Shown in pieces: positions 1 through 10,272 of a DNA stretch of 64,000 bases. The notes beneath the pieces were generated by a model. It saw only the letters and a list, made by a program, of their open reading frames with translations. It was not told where the DNA came from and did no database searches. The position numbers and the translations under genes were made by a program. How positions within the stretch are numbered: the first letter of the stretch is position 1; each line of letters opens with the position of its first letter. Location of the stretch: positions 463 to 64,462 of the forward strand of contig JAJZRA010000004.1 of the NCBI GenBank assembly GCA_021847485.1. Direction: 5' to 3'. Source of the DNA: a bacterium (GTDB taxonomy: Bacteria; Elusimicrobiota; Elusimicrobia; Elusimicrobiales; UBA9959).

Positions 1-353
1 TCCCCGGGGGCGGGGCGTTCCCCGGAGCGGTAGGGGCGCAGCAGGAAGGCGGCCAGCGCGACCGCGTACAGGATGAAGAGGACCCCTTCGGCGGGGTAGA
101 GCCAGGCCGCGGTTATGTTGAGGCGGAACTGGACGTTGAAGAGCAGGTCCCCCGCGAACAGGGCGGTCATCGCGGCCTTCCAGCTCCAGTGCGCGCGGGG
201 CGTCCAGGCGAAGGCCATGAGCGCCAGCGCCGCTTCCGCCGCCAGCTCCAGGCCGGACATGGATTCTTTCCAGCCGGCCGCGGGCAGCAGCAGGGAACCG
301 AGGGCCGCGGCTATGACGGCCGCGCGGATAAGCAGGGGCAGGTGGCGCCGCAT
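1..353 (-). CDS. Membrane protein, N-terminal part (runs off window edge)
   Basis: Read by eye from ATG 353: MRRHLPLLIRAAVIAAALGSLLLPAAGW..., several hydrophobic segments, no stop before position 1; TATAAT 6 nt upstream. Confidence 0.6.
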   Translation of the reverse strand, partial: MRRHLPLLIRAAVIAAALGSLLLPAAGWKESMSGLELAAEAALALMAFAWTPRAHWSWKAAMTALFAGDLLFNVQFRLNITAAWLYPAEGVLFILYAVALAAFLLRPYRSGERPAPG

Positions 354-451
354 CGCATCATTATATTAATTTATGTCAAAGCGGAAGCGGCGGCCACATT
401 TATATAATATAATCGTGGTCAGCAGCGCCGGCAGCCCGGAGGAGCCATCCC

Positions 452-1681
452 ATGAACACCCGACATATCGACACCACCCTGACGATGGGGGAGACCAATT
501 TCCAGATCCGCATCCGCAGCGCGCGCCTGGAGGACGCCAGGCGCATCCAGGTGCTCTACGCCGAGGTCTACGGCCACAACTACCCGATGTCGCTCGTCTC
601 GGACAGGGCCAAGATGAACAACGCCATCACGAGCGACAGCTACTACTGGCTCGTCGGCGAGCATAACGGGCGCATCATAGCCAGCCAGATCCTGCAGATC
701 GACGCGGCCAACCGCATGGCCAAGGCGCTCGGCGCCGTGGTCTCGCGCGAGTACCGCAGGCTCAATCTCAACTATGCGATGATGAAGATGATCATGGACG
801 ATATCACCGGCGTCCAGAAGGTCGTGGACGTGGTCTACGCCACCACGCGGACCGTCACCGCGGCGCCTCAGCAGATCCTCGACAACATGGGCTTCTCGGC
901 GCTGGGCATCTTCCCCAACGCGCACAAGGTCTACGAGCACGAGACCCACTGCCTGACGGCCTACTACGTGATCCCCGCCTGGGGCAAGCGCCGCAAGCCG
1001 GTCAGGATCATAGAAGAGATAGAACCCTTTTACCGCCTGGCCCAGCGGGAGCTCACCGGCCGGATGCCGGGCAAGGAACTGCGGCTGGAGGAGCCTAAGG
1101 TGACGGCCGCCGCCGGCAAACCCAAGGAAGGCGCGCCCAAGCACGAGGAGAAGCCGATCCAGTTCGAGATCATCCAGGCGCCCCACTTCGTGTCGGAACG
1201 CTACCGCAGGAACGGCAGCAACGGCGTCTTCGCCGACTTCTTCGTGCCTTTCCATAAGCCCAACATGCTGCTGGTCTCGCACGACCAGAAGACCGAGATC
1301 TACATGCAGTACAACCCGCAGGACAAGTACACGGTGATCCTGGGCGGCAGGACCGAGGTGACCGACTTCTCCCTGCTGCTCAACAGCGTGGCCGAGGTGA
1401 TGCGCAACCTTAACGTCAGCTACCTCGAGTGCCTCGTCGACGCCTACTCTCCGGAGCTGCAGGCGCAGGCCGTGAAGGCCGGCTTCCTGCCCAGCGCCTA
1501 TTTCCCCGCGATGCGCCTGGTGGGCTCCAAGCGGCTGGACTACATAGCCTTCTCCCGCTCCTTCGAGATGCTGGACTTCCGCAAGGTGAACCTGATCCGC
1601 ACCTACCGCGCCTACCTGAAGGAATACCTCAGGATGTGGAACGAGATGTACGTCGATTCGGCGCTGCGGAGCAAGCGCTGA
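452..1681 (+). CDS. GNAT-fold acyltransferase-like protein (probably two GNAT-like domains)
   Basis: 409 aa; IRSARLED start, GAVVSREYRRLNL acyl-CoA-binding-like motif, GFLPSAYFP near C-terminus; GGAGGAG RBS. Confidence 0.7.
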   Translation: MNTRHIDTTLTMGETNFQIRIRSARLEDARRIQVLYAEVYGHNYPMSLVSDRAKMNNAITSDSYYWLVGEHNGRIIASQILQIDAANRMAKALGAVVSREYRRLNLNYAMMKMIMDDITGVQKVVDVVYATTRTVTAAPQQILDNMGFSALGIFPNAHKVYEHETHCLTAYYVIPAWGKRRKPVRIIEEIEPFYRLAQRELTGRMPGKELRLEEPKVTAAAGKPKEGAPKHEEKPIQFEIIQAPHFVSERYRRNGSNGVFADFFVPFHKPNMLLVSHDQKTEIYMQYNPQDKYTVILGGRTEVTDFSLLLNSVAEVMRNLNVSYLECLVDAYSPELQAQAVKAGFLPSAYFPAMRLVGSKRLDYIAFSRSFEMLDFRKVNLIRTYRAYLKEYLRMWNEMYVDSALRSKR

Positions 1682-2838
1682 TGGCCCGCAGCGTCGCCGT
1701 CCCTATAGCCGCGCCGCTGGGGGACCGCAGCCCGATGGGCCGCCTGATGGAGCTGCCTCCGTACGACCACACCCCGGCCGCGCGCCGCCTTTTCACGGAG
1801 GCCCTGCGCGCGGCCGCCGCCGTCCACTGCCGCCGCTGCCCGCGTTTCCGCGGGCTCTGGAAGGACGCCGGCTTCGCGCCGGCGGACCTGCGTTCCTATT
1901 CCGACGTGGAAAGGATGCCTCATATCTACGTCGCCGCCTTCAAGGAGCGCGACCTCGTCAGCGTGACGCGCCGCGAGACCGCGCTCGAGCTCACCTCCAG
2001 CGGCACCTCCGGGCAGCGCAGCCGCATCGTGCTCGACAGGGCCTCGCTGCGGCGCGTGCGGCGCATGGCCTGGCAGGTCTTCAACGGCCACGGCCTGGCC
2101 GCCCCGCACGACGTCAACGACTACCTGTGCTTCACCTACGACCCGGCGGTCGCCAGGAACGTGGGCACGGCGTTCAGCGACGAGAGCATCACTGGGCTTA
2201 CGGGCCGCGGGGAGGTCTTCTACGCCCTGCGCTGGGACCCGGCGAAGAAGGACTTCTATTTCGACATGGCCGGCGCGCTCGCGGCGCTGGAGCGCTTCGA
2301 GGGCCGGGGCCGCCCGGTGCGCGTGGTCGGCTTCCCGGCGCACGCGCTCGCCCTGTGCGAGGAGTTCGAGAAGGCGCACGGCCGCCGCGCGCGGCTGAAC
2401 CCGGCCAGCTGGGTCATCACCGGCGGCGGCTGGAAGGACAAGCAGGACCGCGCCGTGGACAAGGGCGAGATGCGCGCGCGCCTGGCGGCCTCGCTCGGCC
2501 TCGCGGCGGAGCGCGTCAGGGACCTCTTCGGCATGGTCGAGCACGGCGTGCCCTACGTGGACTGCCCGCTCGGCAATTTCCACGTGCCGGTCTACAGCCG
2601 CGTGCTGGTCCGCCACCCGGCCACGCTCGAGCTGCTGCCTTTCGGCGAGACCGGTCTGCTGCAGTTCGTGACCCCGTACCTTTCCAGCTACCCCTCGATC
2701 TCGCTGCTGTCGAGCGATAAGGGCTGGCTGGAGGAAAGCTGCCCGTGCGGCCTGGGAGGCCGCGTCATGCACATCGCCGGCCGGGCCGGCACGCGCAAGC
2801 TCAAGGGCTGCGCCATCTCCGCCGCGACCATGCTATGA
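1681..2838 (+). CDS. LuxE-family acyl-protein synthetase
   Basis: TSSGTSG P-loop, ITGGGWK, RDLFGMVEH, C-terminal RAGTRKLKGCA with LuxE-type acylated Cys; ATG overlaps upstream TGA. Confidence 0.85.
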   Translation: MARSVAVPIAAPLGDRSPMGRLMELPPYDHTPAARRLFTEALRAAAAVHCRRCPRFRGLWKDAGFAPADLRSYSDVERMPHIYVAAFKERDLVSVTRRETALELTSSGTSGQRSRIVLDRASLRRVRRMAWQVFNGHGLAAPHDVNDYLCFTYDPAVARNVGTAFSDESITGLTGRGEVFYALRWDPAKKDFYFDMAGALAALERFEGRGRPVRVVGFPAHALALCEEFEKAHGRRARLNPASWVITGGGWKDKQDRAVDKGEMRARLAASLGLAAERVRDLFGMVEHGVPYVDCPLGNFHVPVYSRVLVRHPATLELLPFGETGLLQFVTPYLSSYPSISLLSSDKGWLEESCPCGLGGRVMHIAGRAGTRKLKGCAISAATML

Positions 2839-5483
2839 AGACCCCCAACGCCTATCTTTTCGGAAAGACCCTGGAGCGGAAGGAGCCGTGGACGCCGGCC
2901 GAGGTGGAAGCCGTCTGCCGCCGGGCCGCGGCCTCGGCCGCCGCGCTGCGCGCCGCCGGGCCGGATTACGTGCTGGACACGCTGGACGCGGTCGGCCGCT
3001 ACTGCGGCGACAAGCGCGGCGCCTGGTACCGCGAGGTCTTCCGGCAGGTCCGGGAATACTCCGGCTTCTCGAAGGAGACCGTGGAGGCCTCGCTCGAGGT
3101 GCTGCCGCGCCTGTTCAGCCGCGCCGAGACGGAGAAGCGCCTGCGCCTGGAGCTGTTCCTGCCCGGCGCCCTCGACAGCTGCGTCGGCCGCGAGGGCTAC
3201 GACGGCTTCGTCACGGCGGTGCCGCGGGGCGTGGTGCTGCACGTCGGCGCCGGCAACGTCTTCCTCGGCATCATAGATTCCCTGCTGATGGGCATGCTGA
3301 CGCGCAACGCCAACGTGGTCAAGACGGCCAGCGGCGGCGCGGTCTCGATGGCCCATTTCGCGCAGGCCCTGAAGAAGTGCGACCGCCGCGGGCTGCTCGC
3401 CTCCTCGGTGGCGGTGCTGAGCTGGCCCGGCGGCGACCTGGCCGTGGAGCGCGCCGCCGCCGCCAACGTCGACGCCGTGATGGTCTGGGGCGGGGAGGAG
3501 GCCGTGGCCGCCTACCGCCGCGCGGCGCCTTCGGGGACGCACGTGGCCGGCTTCGGGCCCAAGGTCAGCATGGCCGTGGTCATGCCTTCCGCCGTCGAGG
3601 CCGACGGCGCGGCCGCCGTGGCCGAAAAGATAGCTTTCGACGCCAGCGTCTGGGAGCAGCAGGCCTGCGCCTCCCCGCATACCGTCTTCCTGGTGGACCC
3701 GGCCCTGCGCCGCAGGGACCCGCTCGCGCGGGAGTTCCGCGCCGCGCTCGCGGCCGGCTTCGAGAAGACCCGCCGCGAACTGCCGCCCGGCGCGCTCTCT
3801 TTCGACGAGCAGGTGGAGATCACCCGGGCGCGCGGCCTGGCCGCGGTGGACCGCGCCGTGGGCGAGGCCGCGCTAGCGAGCGCGTTCCCGTCCACCGACT
3901 GGACCGTGATCGCCGAGAAGGACCCGGCCTTCAGAGTGTCGCCGCTCAACCGCACGCTTTACGTCAAATGCGTGGGCTCGCTGGCCGACGTGGAGAAGGC
4001 GGCCGCGGCCTACCGCGGCTATATCCAGACCGTAGGCGCGGCGGCCACGCTGGCCGAGCGCAAGGAGATAGCCCGCCGCCTGGCCCCGCACGGGATCGCG
4101 CGCGTGACCGTGGCCGGCAGGATGATGGACGGCCCCACCGGCTCGCCGCACGACGGCACCTTCCCGATGCGAGAGCTCGTGCGCTTCGTGGGCGTGGAGG
4201 GCAGGCCCGAGACCCGGGACCTGCTGTCGGAGCTGGTGGAGTACGCGCGGGCCAAGAGCCCGTTCTACAAGAGGCATTTCAAGGGAGTCGGCGGGATAGT
4301 CTCGCTCGAGGGTTTCCGCAAGGTGCCGCTGCTGACCAAGGAGCATATCCTGGCCAACACCCCGCCCGACAGCGAGGCGATGTTCACCGCCCCCGTGGCC
4401 GGCGGCATCTATTTCGCCAGCGGCGGTTCCACCGGCAATCCCAAGTACATCTTCTTCGAGGGGCGCGAGCACGACCGGACCAGCCGGACGCTCGCCGTCA
4501 GCCTGACGAGCGCCGGCCTCACGGCCGACGACAGGGCGGCCAACCTCTTCGTTTCCGGCAACCTGTGGTCCAGCTGGCTCGGCATCGAGCGGGCGCTGGC
4601 GCGGACGCCGGCCATCTCGGTGCCGGTGGGCAGCGCGCTGCCGCTCGAGACCATAGTCGGCTACCTCAACGAGTTCAGGGTGACGGCCGTGATCGGGCTG
4701 CCCTCGTTCCTGCTGAAGCTGGCCCAGTACTGCGAGGCCGACCGCTCCCGCCGCCGCTTCCCGCTGCGCTATATCTTCTACGGCGGCGAGTACGTGGGGC
4801 CCGAGATGCGCGATTACTTCCGCAAGGTCTTCCCGGGGGTGCAGGTGCGCTCGGCGGCCTACGCCACGGTGGACGCCGGCATCATCGGCTACCAGTGCCC
4901 GCGCTGCGAGGGAGGAGTGCACCACCTGTTCGAGTCCGAGCAGTACCTGGAGATCCTCGACACGGAGACAGGGCGGCCCGCGGAGGGCCGCGGCGTCGGC
5001 GAGCTGGTAGTGACCGTGCTGCACAAGCGGCACATGCCGATCATCCGCTTCAGGACCGGAGACCTCGGCCGCTGGCTGCCGGACCCGTGCCCGTGCGGCC
5101 GCGGGGACCGGCGCTTCGAGATCCTCGGCCGCTGCGACGACAGGGTCCACGCCGGAGGGGCGCATATCTTCGTCAACGACATCGGCCGCGCCGTGGCCGC
5201 CGTCCCGGGGCTCAGCCTGAACTTCCAGGTGGAGGTCTCGGCCGGCAAGGGCGGGGACCGCTTCAAACTGCGCGTCGAGACCAAGGACGGCGCCGCGCCG
5301 CGTCCCGGGCAGGCGGAGAAGCTGCTGGCCGCCATCCGCGAGCACTGCGAGGATATGACCTATTCGCTCGACATGAAGTGGCTGCAGACGCCGGAGATAG
5401 AGATCCTGCCGCCCGGCGCCATCGAGCGCGTGCGGCGCACCGGCAAGATCCGCCGCGTCATCGACAGGAGAGTGAAGACCTGA
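2835..5483 (+). CDS. LuxC-type acyl-CoA reductase fused to PaaK/phenylacetate-CoA-ligase-like adenylating domain
   Basis: N-half: PRGVVLHVGAGNV, VWGGEEAV, FGPKVS, EQQACASP, HDG; C-half: SPFY, ASGGSTGNPK, YGGE, IIRFRTGD, GRCDD, TGKIRRVID; ATGA overlap with luxE-like stop; 882 aa. Confidence 0.85.
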   Translation: MKTPNAYLFGKTLERKEPWTPAEVEAVCRRAAASAAALRAAGPDYVLDTLDAVGRYCGDKRGAWYREVFRQVREYSGFSKETVEASLEVLPRLFSRAETEKRLRLELFLPGALDSCVGREGYDGFVTAVPRGVVLHVGAGNVFLGIIDSLLMGMLTRNANVVKTASGGAVSMAHFAQALKKCDRRGLLASSVAVLSWPGGDLAVERAAAANVDAVMVWGGEEAVAAYRRAAPSGTHVAGFGPKVSMAVVMPSAVEADGAAAVAEKIAFDASVWEQQACASPHTVFLVDPALRRRDPLAREFRAALAAGFEKTRRELPPGALSFDEQVEITRARGLAAVDRAVGEAALASAFPSTDWTVIAEKDPAFRVSPLNRTLYVKCVGSLADVEKAAAAYRGYIQTVGAAATLAERKEIARRLAPHGIARVTVAGRMMDGPTGSPHDGTFPMRELVRFVGVEGRPETRDLLSELVEYARAKSPFYKRHFKGVGGIVSLEGFRKVPLLTKEHILANTPPDSEAMFTAPVAGGIYFASGGSTGNPKYIFFEGREHDRTSRTLAVSLTSAGLTADDRAANLFVSGNLWSSWLGIERALARTPAISVPVGSALPLETIVGYLNEFRVTAVIGLPSFLLKLAQYCEADRSRRRFPLRYIFYGGEYVGPEMRDYFRKVFPGVQVRSAAYATVDAGIIGYQCPRCEGGVHHLFESEQYLEILDTETGRPAEGRGVGELVVTVLHKRHMPIIRFRTGDLGRWLPDPCPCGRGDRRFEILGRCDDRVHAGGAHIFVNDIGRAVAAVPGLSLNFQVEVSAGKGGDRFKLRVETKDGAAPRPGQAEKLLAAIREHCEDMTYSLDMKWLQTPEIEILPPGAIERVRRTGKIRRVIDRRVKT

Positions 5484-5495
5484 GGCCGGCCGGCC

Positions 5496-5535
5496 AAAAA
5501 AAGAAAGGCCCGGGCGACCGGGCCTTCTTTTTTTT
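5496..5535. terminator. Rho-independent terminator
   Basis: A-tract, aaggcccgg/ccgggcctt stem, long T-tract after operon. Confidence 0.8.
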
Positions 5536-5579
5536 CAAGGGGCGCCGGCGCGGCGCGGGTTGTTTGTATAATCTGGACT

Positions 5580-7673
5580 ATGATGCCCATACTCTCCCTG
5601 CTGCTGTCCGTCCCCTGCGCGGCCGCCGGCGGACCCGCCGCCGCCCCGTCGGCGCCGGCCGACCCCTACCTCTGGCTCGAGGAGGTCAACGGGCCCAGGG
5701 CCATAGCCTGGGCGCGCGAGCGCAACAAGGAGACGCTCTCCGAGCTGGAGGCCGACCCGCGCTACAAGAGCTTCTACGACCAGGCGCTGGAGGTGCTGGA
5801 CGCCAAGGACAAGGTCCCCTACGTCACGCTGCGCGCCGGCACCGTCTATAATTTCTGGCAGGACGCCGCTAACGTAAAGGGCCTCTGGCGCGAGGCCCCG
5901 TTGGCGGAGTACCTCGAGAAGGACCCCGCCTGGAAGACCATCCTGGACGTCGATAAGCTGGCCAAGGCCGAGAACGAGAACTGGGTCTTCAAAGGAGCGG
6001 CCTGCCTGCGGCCGGCCGGGGACCGCTGCATAGTCACGCTGTCGCGCGGCGGCAAGGACGCCTCGGTGCTGCGCGAGTTCGACGTGCCGTCCCGCTCCTT
6101 CGTGAAGGGCGGTTTCGAACTGCCCGAGAGCAAGAGCGGCCTCGGCTGGCTGGACAGGGATACCGTGCTGTTCGACGACGCTATCTCGAGCGGCTCGCTG
6201 ACGGAGTCGGGCTACCCGCGCGTGGTGCGCAGGTGGACCAGGGGAACGGACCCGCTTACGGCCCCGGTCGTCTACGAGGGGAAGAAGACTGATATGTCCG
6301 CCGGAGGCTGGTGCTCGTTCCGGCCGGAGGGAAAGCATTGTTTCGTCACCAGGCAGATCTCTTTCTACGAGTCCGAGACCTTCCTGCTGGAGGGCGGCGC
6401 GCTGAAGAAACTTCCGATACCCGCCGACGCCGCCGTCAACGAGGTCTTCCGGGGAAAGGCGCTGCTGACGCTGCGTTCGGATTGGAAGCTGCCCGGCCGG
6501 ACGCTGAAGCAGAACTCGCTCGTGTCCGTAGACCTGGCCAAGGCCGGCCTGCCGGAGGCTGAGGCCGATCCCCGGCCGGTCTTCGAGCCCGGGCCGCGCG
6601 TGACCGTGGAGGGGGTCTCCTCCACCGAGGACGCGGTGCTGCTTACCCTGCTGGACAACGTCAAGGGCCGCATCCTGAAGCTGACTCCGGACGGCGACGG
6701 CTGGAAGACCGGGGACGTGGCGGTGGCCCCTAACGGGGACGCCTACGTGCTCACGACCGACCCCTACGGGAAGCGTTTCCTTTACGGCTACCAGAACTTC
6801 CTGATGCCGGACTCGCTGGTCTATTCCGAGGGCGGCAGGACCATAAAGAGCGCGCCGGCCCGTTTCGACGCCGCCGGCCTGGAGACGGCCCAGCGCGAGG
6901 CGGTCAGCGCCGACGGCACCAGGGTGCCCTACTTCATCGTCTACCCGAAGGGCATGAAACCCGACGGGAAGAACCCGACGCTGCTCTACGGCTACGGCGG
7001 TTTCGAGGTGTCTATGACGCCGCGCTACCTGGGCGTGGCGGGCCGGCTCTGGCTGTCGCGCGGCGGCGTCTACGCGCTGGCCAATATCCGCGGCGGCGGG
7101 GAGTTCGGCCCGGCCTGGCACAAGGCGGCGCTGAAGGAGAACCGCCAGAAGGCCTTCGACGACTTCATCGCCGTGGCCGAGGACCTGGTGAAGACCGGCG
7201 TGACCTCGCCGGCGCATCTCGGTATAGAGGGCGGCAGCAACGGGGGCCTGCTGATGGGCGCCATGTTCACGCAGCGGCCCGACCTGTTCCGCACCGTGCT
7301 CTGCGAGGTGCCGCTGCTGGACATGCTGCGCTATACCAAGCTGCCCCCGGGCGCCTCGTGGGTGGGAGAGTACGGCGACCCCGACGACCCCGCGATGAGG
7401 CCGGTCATAGCCGAATATTCCCCCTATCAGAACATCAGGGCCGGAGTGAAGTATCCCGACATCTTCTTCCTGACCTCCACCAAGGACGACCGGGTGCACC
7501 CGGGCCACGCCCGCAAGGCCGCGGCCAAGCTGCTGGGCCTGGGGACGAAGGTCCACTACTACGAGAACATCGACGGGGGCCACGCCGCGGCCGCCAGCAA
7601 CCCGGAGACCGCCAGGCGCCTGGCGCTGGAGTACGTGCTGCTCTCGCGGGACCTGATGGATCCAACCCGGTAG
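5580..7673 (+). CDS. Prolyl oligopeptidase family serine peptidase (S9A), secreted
   Basis: Signal peptide, DPYLWLE, YGYGGF, NIRGGGEFG, GGSNGGLL, DDRVHP, GGH. Confidence 0.92.
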   Translation: MMPILSLLLSVPCAAAGGPAAAPSAPADPYLWLEEVNGPRAIAWARERNKETLSELEADPRYKSFYDQALEVLDAKDKVPYVTLRAGTVYNFWQDAANVKGLWREAPLAEYLEKDPAWKTILDVDKLAKAENENWVFKGAACLRPAGDRCIVTLSRGGKDASVLREFDVPSRSFVKGGFELPESKSGLGWLDRDTVLFDDAISSGSLTESGYPRVVRRWTRGTDPLTAPVVYEGKKTDMSAGGWCSFRPEGKHCFVTRQISFYESETFLLEGGALKKLPIPADAAVNEVFRGKALLTLRSDWKLPGRTLKQNSLVSVDLAKAGLPEAEADPRPVFEPGPRVTVEGVSSTEDAVLLTLLDNVKGRILKLTPDGDGWKTGDVAVAPNGDAYVLTTDPYGKRFLYGYQNFLMPDSLVYSEGGRTIKSAPARFDAAGLETAQREAVSADGTRVPYFIVYPKGMKPDGKNPTLLYGYGGFEVSMTPRYLGVAGRLWLSRGGVYALANIRGGGEFGPAWHKAALKENRQKAFDDFIAVAEDLVKTGVTSPAHLGIEGGSNGGLLMGAMFTQRPDLFRTVLCEVPLLDMLRYTKLPPGASWVGEYGDPDDPAMRPVIAEYSPYQNIRAGVKYPDIFFLTSTKDDRVHPGHARKAAAKLLGLGTKVHYYENIDGGHAAAASNPETARRLALEYVLLSRDLMDPTR

Positions 7674-7688
7674 CCCGCGCGCAGCGCG

Positions 7689-7726
7689 AAAAAAAGGACC
7701 CCGCTTCCCGGCGGGGTCCTTTCTTT
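7689..7726. terminator. Bidirectional terminator
   Basis: aaaggaccccgc/gcggggtccttt between convergent genes. Confidence 0.8.
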
Positions 7727-7740
7727 ACGGCCGGCGCCGT

Positions 7741-8856
7741 TTACGGCAGCACGGTGTGCAGGGTCTGCGCGTTGATGTCCGTGAACTCGGCGCCCAGCAG
7801 GCCGCGCTTCTGCAGGTTCTTGATGACCATCAGCGGCATCGTGGCGCGGACGTTGTAGACCATGTACGGGATGGTCCACATCTTGATCTGCCGCTCCTTG
7901 GGCAGCACGCGGTTGAAGAGGATCAGCAGGTTGTTGGTGCAGTTGTTCTTTATGGTGTTGTAGAACTCGCCTTCGCGGTCCACCGCCGCCTGCCGCATGG
8001 ACTCGGTCAGCAGCGCGGCCTTCTCGGCGTGGGACAGCAGCACCGGGTAGGGCACCAGGTGGCCTTTTTCCTCGTAGATCGTGCGGGCGGCGTACTCTTC
8101 CCAGGTGGAGAGCGACCAGTTGATGCCGAAAGCGTTGTTGAGGCCGGTCAGCGGGGAGAAGCTCTGGCCCACGCGGGTCTTGCCCTCTATGCTGAGCGCC
8201 AGCGCCATCGGCTCGCGGCCGGCGGCGTCCTTAAGGCCGCCCTTCTCGAAGGTGAAGACCAGGAACGAGTGCGCGGCCACGAGCTCCGGCTTGAAGGGCT
8301 TCTTGATGAAATAGACGTTCTTGATCAGCTCCGGCTTTACCGTCATCGTGGTCCAGTCGTAGGAGCCGGCCGGGGGGACCTCGGCGTCGCTCTTGCGGAC
8401 GTTGCCCATCACCAGCTCGCCGGCCTTGTTCTCTAGCAGCAGGGCCTGGCGGCGGCGCGGCTGGTACGGGGCCGGGACCACCTCGCCGGCCTTGGGGGTG
8501 TACTCCGAGATCTTGCCGACCTTCAGGACCGAGAGGTCGTCGGCCTGCCTGGCCTGCGCTTCCACTACGACGGTCCTGCCGTCCAGCTTGCGGGCCTTGC
8601 GCTCGGACAGGTCCAGCTTGAACAGGCGGCCGTCCGCGGTGTTGAGGTACGGGCCGTCCTCGGTCAGCGATAGGACGCCCTTAAGGGAATAGTTGACGCC
8701 CCAGCTTTTCTCGGAGGGGAGGGGCAGGCCGGGCAGGTCCGACGTCCGCACCTGGGCGGCCGTCATCGAGCCCAGCGCGGAAAAATCCGCGGCGTCCTGT
8801 GACTGGGCGGCCGCGGGGGCTGCGAGAAGGGCTAAGGAAAGGAGCCTCGATATCAT
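7741..8856 (-). CDS. DUF4105 (Lnb-N-like) domain secreted protein
   Basis: Signal peptide; AHSFLVFTF, LSIE, FYNTIKNNCTNN His/Cys motifs typical of DUF4105. Confidence 0.7.
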   Translation of the reverse strand: MISRLLSLALLAAPAAAQSQDAADFSALGSMTAAQVRTSDLPGLPLPSEKSWGVNYSLKGVLSLTEDGPYLNTADGRLFKLDLSERKARKLDGRTVVVEAQARQADDLSVLKVGKISEYTPKAGEVVPAPYQPRRRQALLLENKAGELVMGNVRKSDAEVPPAGSYDWTTMTVKPELIKNVYFIKKPFKPELVAAHSFLVFTFEKGGLKDAAGREPMALALSIEGKTRVGQSFSPLTGLNNAFGINWSLSTWEEYAARTIYEEKGHLVPYPVLLSHAEKAALLTESMRQAAVDREGEFYNTIKNNCTNNLLILFNRVLPKERQIKMWTIPYMVYNVRATMPLMVIKNLQKRGLLGAEFTDINAQTLHTVLP

Positions 8857-9036
8857 ACTTATATCATAGCTTCCCGGGGGCGCCGGCTTAAGGAGCCAAG
8901 GGCCCTCTTTTCTTCGGCTTTGTTCCCAGGCCCCGCTAGGACCTTAGGGAACGCGCCGCGGGGCCAAGAATATCATTGAACTGCCGAATGTCAGGTTAAT
9001 ATAATTGATTCAGCGAATATCCCGCAGGAGGACCTC

Positions 9037-10242
9037 ATGAACGTGTTTTCGAAGACCCAGCTGGAGAAGTACGCCGACACCCTCGTCTGGGGGCTGACCA
9101 CCGCCCGCACCAAACCTTTCAGGAAATACGACAACGTCCTGCTGCGCTGCGACCTGGAAGCCCGCGACCTGGGCGAGCTGGTGCACCGCAAGCTGGTGCA
9201 GCGCGGTTTCAACGTGACCGTCGCCTTCCTGCCCAGCCCCGCCATCGAGCACGATTTCTACAAGTTCTCGGACGAGCGGCAGCGCGGCTTCCTGTCCCCG
9301 TGGGACAAGGTCATGTACGAGAACCTCAACGGCTACGTCTTCATCCACGCGCCGGCCTCGCTGACGCACCTGAAGGACATCGACACCAAGCGCCAGTCGC
9401 AGGTGGCCATCGCGAAGAAGCCGCTGTTCAACATCCGCAACAAGCGCGAGGAGAAGGGGCAGTTCGCCTGGACGCTGTGCACCTATCCCACGCCGGAGCT
9501 CGCGAAGCAGGCCAAGCTCTCGGTCAGGGAGTACGCCGCGCAGATCGCCAAGGCCTGCTACCTCAACGAGCCCGACCCGACGAAGAAATGGACGCAGGTC
9601 TATAAGCAGGTCACGGCCATAAAGAAATGGCTGCTCGGCCTGAACATGGACGTCATCCGCACCGAGTCGGCCTCCATGGACTTCGAGGTGACGCTGGGCG
9701 AGAAGCGCCGCTTCCTCGGCATCAGCGGCCACAACATCCCGAGCTTCGAGATCTTCACCTCGCCGGACTGGCGCGGCACGCGCGGCACCTACTACGCCAA
9801 CCTCCCGGCCTTCCGCGGCGGCAACTACGTCGAGAAGATAAAGCTGGAGTTCAAGGACGGCCGCGCGGTGAAGATAGCGGCGGCGAAGGGCGCCGACTAC
9901 GTGAAGAAGATCATGGGCACCGACAAGGGCGCCTCGCAGATAGGCGAGTACTCGCTGACCGACCGCCGCTTCTCCAAGATCGACCGGTTCATGGCCGACA
10001 CGCTGTTCGACGAGAACCACGGCGGCCGGCACGGCAACTGCCACGTGGCCATCGGCAACGCCTATACCGACACCTATACCGGCGACGTCTCCAAGCTTAA
10101 CGAGGCGCTCAAGAAGAAGCTCGGCTACAACGATTCGGCCGTCCACTGGGACCTGATCAACACCGAGGACAAGCGGGTGACCGCCACGCTGAAGAGCGGC
10201 AAGAAGGTCACGATCTACGAGAAGGGCCAGTTCAAGTACTGA
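9037..10242 (+). CDS. Aminopeptidase, peptidase M29 family
   Basis: NIPSFEIFTSP, IGE, LFDEN, HVAIGNAY, NDSAVHWDLI; AGGAGG RBS. Confidence 0.9.
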   Translation: MNVFSKTQLEKYADTLVWGLTTARTKPFRKYDNVLLRCDLEARDLGELVHRKLVQRGFNVTVAFLPSPAIEHDFYKFSDERQRGFLSPWDKVMYENLNGYVFIHAPASLTHLKDIDTKRQSQVAIAKKPLFNIRNKREEKGQFAWTLCTYPTPELAKQAKLSVREYAAQIAKACYLNEPDPTKKWTQVYKQVTAIKKWLLGLNMDVIRTESASMDFEVTLGEKRRFLGISGHNIPSFEIFTSPDWRGTRGTYYANLPAFRGGNYVEKIKLEFKDGRAVKIAAAKGADYVKKIMGTDKGASQIGEYSLTDRRFSKIDRFMADTLFDENHGGRHGNCHVAIGNAYTDTYTGDVSKLNEALKKKLGYNDSAVHWDLINTEDKRVTATLKSGKKVTIYEKGQFKY

Positions 10243-10272
10243 ACCGCGCGGTCCGCGCCGACGGGAGGGGAT

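Noticed and set aside
452-5483. Bioluminescence (lux) operon
   Set aside because: No luciferase luxA/luxB or luxD in the window; LuxC is fused to a PaaK-like domain
2888-5851. 987-aa alternative-frame ORF and many other long overlapping or antisense ORFs (e.g. 5535..7583, 23541..25847, 51837..53702)
   Set aside because: Arg/Gly/Pro-rich shadow frames of well-supported genes; expected in high-GC DNA with few stop codons
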